A program made the translations under genes and the position numbers. DNA of 63,323 nt, counting the filler, from Rhabdomonas costata (taxonomy: Eukaryota): the NCBI GenBank assembly GCA_019059605.1. It is 39 parts of 39 records of this genome, joined end to end, with 100 filler letters (N's around TTAATTAATTAA, not from the genome) between each part and the next. Parts side by side here need not be neighbours in the genome. Positions count along the whole stretch, not along the records: positions 52,050 to 53,574 come from JAHMHO010013816.1; positions 53,675 to 55,198 come from JAHMHO010013817.1; positions 55,299 to 56,823 come from JAHMHO010013818.1; positions 56,924 to 58,448 come from JAHMHO010013819.1; positions 58,549 to 60,073 come from JAHMHO010013820.1; positions 60,174 to 61,698 come from JAHMHO010013821.1; positions 61,799 to 63,323 come from JAHMHO010013822.1; 32 more parts are not named here. One strand, given 5' to 3'. The notes beneath the pieces were generated by a model. It searched no databases, was not told the origin of the DNA, and saw nothing but the letters and a program-made list of their open reading frames with translations. Positions 52,264 through 63,323 of the stretch are shown here, in pieces; position 1 is the first letter of the stretch; the number at the start of each line of letters is the position of its first letter.

Positions 52264-53530
52264 ATTCCCACGAAAGCTCAGTGAGTCGTCAACAGCAATG
52301 GAGTTCTCCCCGAAGCTCAGGACGTACTTCCCCAGCACAAGGGTGACGGAGTCCTGCATCGGGGGGTTTATGCTGTCCGGGGTGTAGAACGTCGTCACAG
52401 ACCCGTCGACCATGAAGTGGGCCTCATAGGGGTAGATCGCCACGGCGACGTGGTGCCAGCCCGGGGCGACGGAAATGAAAGACCAGTTGAAGTTGTTGAA
52501 ATAGCCCCATTCCATGGAATCTGTTCGATCCAGTACATTTGTGCGTTTTTTGTGTTAGAAACAGATGGTCAGAGAGTCTCAGGCACCGAAATTCGGGAAA
52601 TTAGCGAAATTTCGTTGTGGAGGATTGCGGGAGTAGCAGACAAAGGAAAAAATAAAGGAGCGAGCCCTGTAGGTCATCCTCAAGAAGCCGATACGCGGGA
52701 CGAGAAGGTTGGGTGCCCTTCAATGTGCGGTTCTAATGCACCAGAGAGGTTTTCTAGGGACCTCCGCCAAGCAGTGCAGCACAATGGGGGGTGATTCCCT
52801 TCCCCAAAGCCGCGGCCATGGAGGCGGGAGGATCGATTAGAAGCTCGCCTGGAGGAAACTCCAAACGATTATGTGCCTTGTGCATGCAGTGCGTGGGCGT
52901 GTGCGTGTGTGTTGTTGTTCAAAAGCAGAAGGCTTAATGATCACCCGCAGAGAGAGAAGCAACTCACACAGAGATAGCTGCGCTTCCAAACTTTATTCTT
53001 CTAAGCCAGATAGGGTTCCTGATGTCTGCCCAGCTGGAGTGGTACTTGCGCCTGCAAGCGCAGCACTCCCTCCCCCAGCAATGTAACTTATTACCCAAAC
53101 CAGCCCACCTGTTGTGTGGGTTACGCACGACTGCAAAACCAGCGTTTCATACACCGCCGCACGGGATACTCAAAGGAAAGATTGCAAAAACCCTTGAACT
53201 CTGCTGAAACGCTGCTGTTCGGGAAGTGCACGGGGTGGAGGTGGGGGGCACCGCACCGTCGTAAATCATAATGCTGAACAGCTCCGTGTTGTCCGGGGTG
53301 ACCATCGCCACAGTGTACCCATCATACCCGCAAAGGTAGGCGTTATACCACACCTCCACGGTGAAGTTACTGCAGTTAGCCAGCCCGGTGAATTCCGGGA
53401 GAATGGCCACAGGGGCGGTCGAGGAGATGTGAAGGCTGGTGCCGCCTCCAAGCAAGGCCTCACCCAACCCCGGCGCAAATGTCACAGCCACAAAGCAGCA
53501 CAACAAAACCGCACCCCAACGGTATACCAT
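52264..53530 (-). CDS. Secreted LamG/concanavalin-A-like (pentraxin-like) domain protein; exons 53530-53257 and 52520-52264
   Basis: Signal-peptide-like MVYRWGAVLLCCFVAVTFA, then FTVEVW, GWHHVAV, FMVDG, LVLG and SFRGN. Phase-consistent GT-AG intron. Confidence 0.8.
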
Positions 53531-54245
53531 TGGGGCGCGGGGGAGGGGAGCGCAGCGAAAAAACCACACAAAAANNNNNNNNNNNNNNNNNNNNNNNNNN
53601 NNNNNNNNNNNNNNNNNNTTAATTAATTAANNNNNNNNNNNNNNNNNNNNNNNNNNNNNNNNNNNNNNNNNNNNTGTGGGTGGGAGTGGAATGGATGACT
53701 TTGGGACTGTTTTAGGGTAAGAAAGAACATCTGGTTCTGCTCCGAATTGGCCCTGGTGCGTTTACATGTGGGTGGGTGGGCTCAGGCAAGTCCGACGTCT
53801 ACGGGGTTTACACGGGCACTGTTCTGTATGGTTTCTGTGTGAAGGTGGTCGGCTTCGTCATCGTCACGGTGATGGAGGTGCGCACCTTCAGTTTGTTGCA
53901 CACGCGATGCTGAGATCCTTGCCTCACAGAACTGTAACCCTTTCGGGTGGTGCCGCACGGATTACCGTTTCCTCCCAAGAAGGCCTCAAAAGTAAAGCGA
54001 GCGGCTTCCTACCTTCCCGCACTCGTAAATTGGAAGGACTGCTGCTTAACTGCCTTGCCGTTTCTACTCCCGAATGAAGGTTGTGATGATAACACGTTCT
54101 TTCTGTTGCGCGTTTAAGCCTATTCTATGAATTAATTGCCTAATTCGACCCCTTCCCTTGTGTCGCCTGAAATCATGATCGACCCAAGCTGGTTAGGGTC
54201 CCATCTCCGCACTTTCCCATGTCACGTCCCCGGTCTCCTTCGCAG

Positions 54246-54395
54246 GCCAAGCTGGCGGAGTTCTTCGTGAACCACGACCCCTTCCAGGGCCTGGCCAGGC
54301 AGAGGCAGCAGCAGCTGGCTTCCCTAATCATCCACAACGGGGTTCCTTGGGAGGTGCAGAAGAGCTTGCTGGCGATCTACCCCTCTCTGCTTCAG
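54246..54395 (+). CDS. Exon of an unknown protein
   Basis: 150 nt with CAG and GT borders and GC3 bias; AKLAEFFVNHDPFQGLARQRQQQLASLIIHNG. Confidence 0.55.
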
Positions 54396-57300
54396 GTGGG
54401 CGCAGCACCGAACCCACACAGCCCAGGAGGGTCCGGGGAGCTCCTCCGAGACTGCTGGGAAGTGAAGAGGAAGCTTGCTTGTGGGGCTGTGCATATTTCT
54501 TTGGCCCCATCGATGATAGATTGAGATGCCGATGGAGATTACACGATTTCTGCTGGGTTGGCCATTGCGGGGGTCGGGGGTCAGTCTCTCTCTTCAAATC
54601 TCTCAATTTTGTTCAGAGCCTGACGTTTATTTGCGGGTGTTTTCCCTCTTTACTCTTCCTTTCGTGTGTGTGTGTGTGTTGGGTTAAGTCGCTCAGGCAG
54701 TATAGCCTTCTGTGTCTGTCTGCTTGTCTGTCTGTGTGTGGTGATGAAAGGGAGAAGGCCATCCTGAAAGTGCTCTGCCTCACGAAACCCACTGGTAAGA
54801 GGGTATTGAAGCATTGGGTTGCGGCGGCTTGGCCATCCCCATCAGCACAGCTGAATCCTCTCTCCCCTGAGCCACCCGCGTGGTGAGGATGGAGCCTTTC
54901 AGTCGCCGACGGGTACGCCGAGCCATCGCAAAGAGGAAGAACTGCGGCCCCCAGAAGCACCTTGATGCAATGAAGATGCTCCAGCGTGACTCCCTGGAAG
55001 TCAACGGAAGCAACAAAAGTGAAAATCGGCGGTCTCGATGAACAGACGCCTGATGAGTCCTGCAGCAGCCATATAAAGCGCAGAAAATAATGCAGCGAGA
55101 CTCCATAGTGTGGTGAACCCGTGGAGACCGCCACAGTGCTACTCCCGTGGTCAGAAGAATCTGAGTTGAGGATTCTCGTCTGTATTGAAGAAGACAAANN
55201 NNNNNNNNNNNNNNNNNNNNNNNNNNNNNNNNNNNNNNNNNNTTAATTAATTAANNNNNNNNNNNNNNNNNNNNNNNNNNNNNNNNNNNNNNNNNNNNGT
55301 GGGTTGTGCAGCCGGACTTCCAAGGAGGCAGCGGCGAGATCTTCAGAGGCCTTGATTTCCGCTGCGCTGGCATCCTCACAGGCCTTGCGATGCAGCTCCT
55401 TGTTCTTCTCCGCCTCACTCTGAGGGCACAAGCACAAAAGGGCGGAAGCTAATTGACAGATTTTTTCCCGATCTCTTTCTCCTCACAGTCCCCTCCCAAT
55501 ACCTTTCCGTTCATTCGGGTAACGAGCTGCCCTTATCACTGTTCTGTCCCCTGCGCTGTCCCAAACTCTCACTTCGCTGGTCAGGGTTTCGGTCTCTTCA
55601 GTCCCTCTCATATCGTACGTATCGCCTACGTATCGCGTCATCGCTTGCGGGTTGTCCTCCTCTGGGGCCCCTTGTAACCACATCGCACACCGTTCACACA
55701 GCACTCGTTCCGAAATGCTGCGATGATCTTCAATGGTCCACTGACATTACTGTTGAGCTAACTCTTGTCCTTAATCGAAAAGTCTTGCTGGCGCAGCCCA
55801 ATGACTAAAAAGAGAGTGAGGGAGGGAGGGGCGGAGCACCTGACATTAAAAATTGCAGGTATGTACGCTTCGCAATTTCCCATCCAAAAAAGCAGGGCTT
55901 TCTCTTCCTTTCCCTCTGGTGGAAGCATTCACCTGGGCTTCAACTGCACACACACACGCACGCACACATACACACACAACATACAGCTGCATTCATTTAT
56001 GCGTACATGCACACACACACACGAACACGCACCTTCCAGTACTGCGCATCCCGATGGGCGCAGTCGTCCCCAATGCAATCATTCTGCAGCGAAGGGGGGT
56101 TTTCCAAGGCATATAATTCTTGTATGACGATTAGCAATGGTCAAACAGCTCACTCGAAAGATGTAGTTTTGGGGTCGCGGCGAAAAAACGCAGTTGCTCA
56201 CAAACAAAGACGTCAACAGGTCAGGACAACCGAAAAAAGGCACCCCAACTCAGCAGTGCTCAACTCACCAACGTCAGATTCCAGGACCCCAAAGCACTGT
56301 TCACCAAGATCTCAACTTATGGCCTTATTCATGTTAATGCCATTCCCACTTCTGAAAAATTAGGGCAATTTCAGGCAAAACGCGAGCAAAATTGCGCGTG
56401 CTAAGGCGCAACAGCAAGCAGAACCGCGGTTGGGTGTCCGATCTTGTCCTCCATGTCCATCACTCTCTGCTTGAGATTGGCTTCCGAGACCGACTTCTCA
56501 CGGAGAACTCCAGTCCGCTGCTCAAGCTGCTCAGTAGCCTTCCTCAGCTTCTGCCTTAGCTGTGGGAAACATGCAAATCAGGTCCCAAAATATGCAGACC
56601 GATACCAATCATCAGCACTTGCGTCACAATCGTGGGGAACGTTCCCACCATTGCGTCGCTGAACTTTGAACCTAATGCTCGCTTACTCGTCCGTCCAATT
56701 CTCAGCCACTGACTAGTCCTTAGCCACCAGAAACCACAAGCACTCATTCAGGGTGCACTGGAGTTTACCTAACCCCTCACACCAAAATAAAGTCAAATTT
56801 TCGATGGTAGTGGCCCCAACACCNNNNNNNNNNNNNNNNNNNNNNNNNNNNNNNNNNNNNNNNNNNNTTAATTAATTAANNNNNNNNNNNNNNNNNNNNN
56901 NNNNNNNNNNNNNNNNNNNNNNNTTTGTGGGGGGATGGCTCCAGCCGAGGCTGCTTGGGGCGAGGAGCGGCGTCCCGGACAATCTCTGCGTCAAACTCTA
57001 AAAGAAAAAATCAAGGAGATTATATCCTTGCAACCTTATTAAGTGCCTTGCCACCCTCCCCCCCTCTTCCATAACGTAACGCTCGTTTGCGACCTCATAG
57101 TCGTACCTTTCCCTTCAATTTCCGGTCTTTTCCTACCTCCTTCGTGCTCACCCTGATAATGTAAGTTACACCGTAAACTCAGAACCAAGGGATTTTGTAA
57201 GGTTTTATGGTCACCAATAAGAAAAATACCCACATTACACGACCTGCATTTGCGATGTGGTGGAATTCCAGATGGGTGCGAAATTGGACGGCGCGTGGGG

Positions 57301-58598
57301 GCACAAAGAAATCCTTTTTCGGTGAACGAAAATGGCAGGGCACGTCGCGGGTCCATTCAATGAAATGCTGAGGACGATGACAACAATGAAGGGTTTTAGG
57401 AGACCCGGTTTCAGCGGGTCGCATACGTTCCTCCGAGTTTAGGGGTGTAACTGTCCTTGGTGACTTCGCCTCGATAGTGTTTCCTATAAACCATGAACTG
57501 CTAATTCAAGGAGATTATACGTTTTTGGGGAGGGGCGGGCGTCAAACTTCCAACACCGTCGAACGTTTTTGGACTTTGTCGTTCGAGAGGAACAGAGTTC
57601 AATCTGTTAAAAGTTCATTCCCCCCCCCCCCCGCCGGCACGAAAAATCCAGTACCACCAAGAACCAGTGGAGCTAGGAACAATGTTAGCGTGATAAAAAA
57701 CGCGCACAGAGGGGCTCACCGCAGCGACTTAGCGACTTGCATATTCAGTTAGCAGCACAGAAGGATGATGCAATGTCCTTGTGAAGGGGCAGAAAGAAGG
57801 CACGGACACGACACCTGAGATCTCAACCGGAGATGATCATTCGAATCTCCGAGAAGTCCTGCACCACCCCAAAAATATCAAAGCACAGCAGAGGGTGCGA
57901 GAAAAAACCAGGATGCACACGGGAGTGCCCAACAAATTTTGGCAAACAGTTTATGGCTAATGCCGATGAACTAGCAAAACCTTTATTCTATTTCCCCTCT
58001 TCCTTTTCGAAACACTTTTCCGATTCAGAAAAAAGAATCTCGACGCCATCCGATTCCAGTCGCCTGCAATGATAGAACATCAAACAGAAAGGCTCACTGG
58101 GCATTTAGACATGGACCACAACCACAACACGATGACGACATGATAAGGCACCGAAAACGTGGAAAGGCAAACCAGACGAAGAGCACATACAGCAGAGGAG
58201 AAGGAGAATTGACTGGCATGAGAAAGGCGAGAGAAGCGGTGATGATAATTTGAGCGGAGGAGAGGTGAGGTGAGGAGAATTGCGAAAAAAGGTGCCAGCT
58301 GCAACGCAGCACATGCACAGCAGAGCACAGTGGAGGGCGTTGAACGCGAAAAATCATTCACATAATGAATGGGCGACGAGGACTCGGCACATGCACAAAA
58401 AAGCACACCGAGAAGAAAAGAGGCAGGGTGAGGCATTGCACAAACAAANNNNNNNNNNNNNNNNNNNNNNNNNNNNNNNNNNNNNNNNNNNNTTAATTAA
58501 TTAANNNNNNNNNNNNNNNNNNNNNNNNNNNNNNNNNNNNNNNNNNNNGTTGGGGGGGTTTTGTTTCTTTTTTGCGTGGTGTTCTCTAAAGTGGTTAG

Positions 58599-59867
58599 AT
58601 GGCTCTGTTCCGACTTCCCGACGAGTGCCTTGTGTTTATTCTGAGCTTGGTCCGCAGCCACACGGCGGTCTGCACAGTTTGCATGCGGTGGCGCAGATTG
58701 GCTCACCACCGCTTCCTTGTCCTCCGCCTTGGCCACGACAGCACCAGCGAGGCACCAGATGAGGAGCCAGACTTTGGCGCAGTAAATGCTTGGATTCGAC
58801 GAGGCTGGGCAGGATGTGTTTCCTTGTGGCGGAGACGACATCCGTCTGCGTGGGGTTTCTCTGTGCAGTAAAGCTCCGTACAGCAACATTTTTATATCCA
58901 GAGCAGCTCCTTGTCGGAAGAAATTGCTATCAAACCCCATGTGAACGTCCTGCTTTGGGTTCATGCGTCCATCGATCCACAACCTTCTGCCAATCCAGAT
59001 TTGTCGGTACGGTACGAGGCTATGCAGAACAGTCTGAAAGTCGGGTAGTGTTTTCTAAGCGATCTTGAACAAAATTTTCTACACGAGGGTTGCTGCAAGC
59101 CTTCCCTGTGCCCCCTCGAATCCTAGTCCAACTCCGAGTTGACAGATGAATTTCTTGGTCTTCTTCATACCCCGAGGCTACACTCCGTCAAGCTCTCTCT
59201 GGGAAGTGGTCTCCCCACTGCTGCTCAGGCAACTGTCCTGCGAAAGCTTGTGCCGGTGGGGCGCCTCCCCTGGGAGGAGCTGGAGATCTCCGGGGGTGGA
59301 TACTGTGCTGACGCAACGGACCTCTCTGCTTTGGCGGGCAGACTGCTTCCAGTGCGGGGTCTTCGGCGGCTTCGCGTGGCTCTTCCTCCTCAGATGTTTG
59401 TATCTGCGGGAGACTTGCGAGGGCTGCTGCAGGGCGCGAGCGGCTGTGCCGAGCTGCGGTTCTTATCTCTGGATGTTCGGCTGTTCGGATTGAGGCAGGG
59501 CTTTGGGGGGTTGCTTCGAGGCGTGGCCTCCCGGGTGACCCACCTGAGTCTCCGGGTGTGCACGGACGAGGTGGGCAGTGAGGGCGTGGCCGAGCTGCTG
59601 CAGGAGTGTGGGCGCTCGAGTTCCCTGGAGGCTGTGAAGCTGTGGTTGACACACAGCCAGCCTCGGGGACGGCACCCCTGTGCTGGACTGGCCCAGCTGG
59701 GGCTTCTGGCGAGGGCTCCCCGCACCTCAATGGAGGCCGCTTGGCTTGTTTGGGAAACTTTTGGGACCGCAATGCCCATTAGGTTGAATCGTCCGCACAA
59801 CATCATTCGTTTTGAAACCAGTGCCCAGTGCACTTGGTTCTATGTGTGTACCAAAAAGTGGAAATGA
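58599..59867 (+). CDS. F-box protein with RNI-like leucine-rich repeats; likely exons 58599-58781 and 59127-59867
   Basis: LFRLPDECLVFILSLV...VCTVCMRWRRL is an F-box; LRRLRVAL, LRFLSLDV, VTHLSLRV and LEAVKLWL are LRR-like. A GT-AG intron at 58782-59126 removes the in-frame stops. Confidence 0.7.
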
Positions 59868-60658
59868 AGGGTACCAAAAGAGTTAAAAGTGCCCCCGGAT
59901 GTGATGGAGCCAAGGATCAGTGAGTGAGGGTGGGGGTTGAGAGGAGTCTGCAGCAAACACCATGACAACCCACGTTGTTTGTGTTTAACCCGCATACCAC
60001 TGTATAAGAGCGGGATCACAATGTGGCGGATCATTTGTAAATTTGAAACCATCTTTTCTTCTCCCCCCCACCCNNNNNNNNNNNNNNNNNNNNNNNNNNN
60101 NNNNNNNNNNNNNNNNNTTAATTAATTAANNNNNNNNNNNNNNNNNNNNNNNNNNNNNNNNNNNNNNNNNNNNGGTGTATGAAACGCACCTTAACCACGC
60201 CAAGGAAAGACCCGATTTAGACGATGACGAGCCAACAACTGGGGCAGAAGTAAGGTCTCCCACGAAAAAAAGCCCGAAAAATCTCTCCGGCTCAGTTTAT
60301 GACATTTCCAGATTCATGCGGCAGCGATCTGACGCATTCAGGTGTCACCCGGGAAGAAGGGCACCGTTTCCAGCCATAGAAAATGATTCCAGACAGACTG
60401 TCCCCCATTCCCCTAAGACAAGCTGAACCACGTGACCCTTGGTCACCATGAGAAGAACTTTGTTTCAGGAGAACCAGGAGAAGAACTTTGTACGCACACA
60501 CAATGCTGTAAAGTTGAGAATGGTGGAGGGAGAGAGGGCGGACGGCTGCCGTGGGAGCCGCCCTCTCATTCCCGAGCTCTCGGCCGTCACTCTCGGCGGC
60601 GCACACACTTTTCATTCAGACAATTATTGAAAGGCACACTGACACACAGCCTCCAGCA

Positions 60659-61388
60659 TCACCGGGACTCCACCCCGGCGTGGTGAAAGATAAGATGACT
60701 GAGCCCAATCGGGCCCTCCAGAACCCGGACATTGACCTCCCACCCAGCGTGAACCTCAGGTTTGCAACGCAAGACTCGCCACTCCTTCGCCGTGGTGGGG
60801 GGCCAGTCCAGGCGATGGGTGACCTTCTCCCGACCAAAATTGGAGGGGATCGTCCCGACGCGCTTCCAGCTGCTGCCGTCAAACCACTCAATGTTGCCGT
60901 CCGCCCCATTGGTGGGGTTCCTAAGAATTCACACAGCCAGTTTCCGACCATGAGTCTCCAAAGCTTCAAGTGCCCACTGGAGCCGGGTAGCTTTTCTTCC
61001 AACAGCTATTCTCCATAGTGTGAAAGCCCCGACTTGTACGCGAAAATGCATCGACGAGGAGCCTGACGTGATTGAACTTGTGGGTTACCACCCATTTTCA
61101 CTCCACCCCTAGTATCACACGGATTTTGCATTTTTTTCCATATCTGCCATGCACCACCTACCATTGCGTCGTGGAGGGGAGGATGGGTGGGAAGGCGAAC
61201 CACTGGTTGGGGTGACCATGGTACGCTGCCACGGTGGCACCACACAGGGTGACTGGCCTCGGGAACTCCACGCGAATCGCGCCGGCATTGGAGCACGCCC
61301 CAGTGCCGAAGCTGTAGTCCACCAGGGCGGCCATGGTGTTGGTGACATAGCTCGTCGGGTTGTCCACCCTCACCACAAAGCCCCAGTA
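60659..61388 (-). CDS. C-terminal galactose-binding/discoidin-like beta-sandwich domain; exons 61388-61201 and 60920-60659
   Basis: A GT-AG intron joins TG|G, giving GTGACSNAGAIRVEFPRPV...HPNQW-NPTNGADGNIEWFDGSSWKRVGTIPSNFG...AKEWRV. The second exon's frame is absent from the ORF track. Confidence 0.6.
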
Positions 61389-62619
61389 CTGCGCACCCAA
61401 AAAAGAACAACCCCGAAACCACACGCCTACCAGCACAAGTGCTATCCACTTCCATCACCCAGGCAAAAGCAACGTTGATGATCAATGTGATCGCTTTTTG
61501 AGTAGGGATCGGGTTTTCTCCTTGCGGGCAGCTCTGCTTATACAGAAACGGCTCCGCTTCTCCCACTCCGTTTCGTGCACATCCACTCCTATTCTTCTTT
61601 TGCTTTCTCCCTTTTATAATTCCAATTCTTACCCACCCCACTGTTCTTCGGGATCGGGTCATGCATACGAAATAAGCATGTTCGAACCACCCAAAACANN
61701 NNNNNNNNNNNNNNNNNNNNNNNNNNNNNNNNNNNNNNNNNNTTAATTAATTAANNNNNNNNNNNNNNNNNNNNNNNNNNNNNNNNNNNNNNNNNNNNAG
61801 CACAGCGGTGGTGATAGTGGTGGTACGAGGGATGAGCTGACGGGGCGCCAAAGTGGACAGGGAGGGAGGAAGGGGAGGAAGATGAAGCGAAATTAAAGGA
61901 GCAAGGGCTGCAAATAAGCACGACGGCGGGAAAACGTTATCGCAAAGAGGCTCAAAGGCAGCAGATTTACATTCAACAGTTAGTCAAGCCCTTTTCCCCT
62001 TCGTGTCTTTGCATAGCCCTTTTATTCACTTGATGCATGTGCCTTGGTGTCCTCCCAACGTTTGATTAGCACTGCTGCCCAAGTGTCGTTAATGTGGTGC
62101 CTCAGAGAACCTCGCGTTGGGTATGAAGCGAGCTGGGCATTCGTTAGGAGCTACATATTGCCGCGAGCATGGCATTTCTCAATCACTTTGGATGTAATTC
62201 CGCCCGCCGAGAGATCAAAAGTTACACAGGCCGCCTCACAGACATTGGCAATGCTTTGCTGGCCCAGAGCATTAAGTAAAGCTCACCGGGGACCCCTGAT
62301 CAATGGCACAAGACACAACAACAGTCGGACGTCACCACAAAAGCCACCACAACGCGACGCGGGGCAGTGCCGCGGCATGGGAAAACGGCTCAAAAAAAAC
62401 AACAAAACTGGTGCAAATGATGTTGTGGAGTGGGGTTGGAGTGGGAACAGGTACGAGTTACGAGTGGTAACCGTTGCCTCCCCGCCCCCGTCCTCCCTCA
62501 ACGTCAATGGCGGCAAGAACATGCACGAAGAACACAAATCAATCCGTGTCCGAGTAAGGGATTGCTGAATTTGTGGGGAAGTGGAAGAGCTCCAATTCCC
62601 CCACAATGCCGCTGCTTGG

Positions 62620-63323
62620 CTACGGGTTCGGTGACGATGATGGTGGCGACCATTTCGCTTTGCGAAGCACAGGAGGAGCCTCCGAGTTATCAGAGAGAAG
62701 AACGTGACTAACATTACTGACTTTGTAATTATACCCGATGCCCCCGCGAAGAAAACCGAAAAAAGGTAGCGCAGAACTGAGGTCAACGTCGGCAAACGAA
62801 GGGAGGTGCTGGGCGGTTAAAGGCGAAAGAAAATCCGTTTCGATGTTCCATAAATTAATCGTGTTGTCCGCACTGCCACTGACAACGTGCTTCCCGTCTG
62901 ATGCGACAGCCACGGAGCATATTGGAGAAATGTGTCCATTGAGGGTGCGCTCCTCTTTGCCCGTTTTCCGGGTCCACACCTTGATGGTGTTGTCCTCGCT
63001 GCCACTGACAATGTGCTTTCCGTCAGAAGTCACAGCCAAGGCAGATACGGCAGCAGTGTGTCCCTCAAGGGTGCGCTCTTCCTTCCCAGTGTCCAGATTC
63101 CACACCTTGATATTGTTGTCGGCGCTTCCACTGACAATACGCTTGCCGCAGGACGTCACTGCTACTGCGTTGACGGAACCTATGCGCCCCCTTAGCGTGC
63201 GCACCTCCTTCCCGGTATCCAGGTTCCACACTTGGATTGTCTTGTCCGCACTGCTGCTGACCACGTGTTTTCCGTCGGAACTCAGGGCCAAGGCAAAGAC
63301 AGCCGCAGTGTATCCCTCCAAAA
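62620..63323 (-). CDS. WD40-repeat protein, C-terminal part, with four highly similar 42-aa repeats
   Basis: GH..AV.A.AVTSDGKHIVSGS.D.TIKVWNLDTGKEERTL with a 126-nt period; intronless. Confidence 0.95.
   Translation of the reverse strand, partial: LEGYTAAVFALALSSDGKHVVSSSADKTIQVWNLDTGKEVRTLRGRIGSVNAVAVTSCGKRIVSGSADNNIKVWNLDTGKEERTLEGHTAAVSALAVTSDGKHIVSGSEDNTIKVWTRKTGKEERTLNGHISPICSVAVASDGKHVVSGSADNTINLWNIETDFLSPLTAQHLPSFADVDLSSALPFFGFLRGGIGYNYKVSNVSHVLLSDNSEAPPVLRKAKWSPPSSSPNP

Noticed and set aside
58869-59126. Stop-codon reassignment (three in-frame TAA/TAG between F-box and LRR; also the TAA in the helicase)
   Set aside because: A GT-AG intron removes the F-box stops, the helicase also has frameshifts, and long exons elsewhere contain no in-frame TAA/TAG.

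Overview
This window is not one locus. It is about 39 unrelated contigs of roughly 1.5 kb, joined by 100-nt N spacers that each contain TTAATTAATTAA, so gene neighbourhood across spacers means nothing. Most contigs begin with G/T-only bases and end with A/C-only bases, and three carry terminal inverted duplications; this points to primer-based whole-genome amplification of very little material. The DNA is eukaryotic: intron-rich, with TTAGGG repeats and microsatellites. A protist, perhaps a euglenozoan, is my inference. Recognisable gene pieces: a PHO80/U-type cyclin, TEX261/Svp26, FAD synthase, L-asparaginase, an arginine-type ADP-ribosyltransferase, an LCAT-like hydrolase, and ankyrin, Kelch, WD40, F-box/LRR, LamG, Cys-rich and other repeat proteins. 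Three things stand out. (1) A decayed Ty3/Gypsy-like retroelement in which gag ends at a textbook -1 frameshift signal, followed not by protease/RT but by a Dam-like (NPPW-type) adenine methyltransferase domain. (2) A GA-AG intron in FAD synthase with a purine-rich acceptor and complementary ends. (3) An AT-rich, pseudogenised origin-binding-protein helicase of probable large-DNA-virus origin. All calls come from reading motifs by eye; no searches were run.
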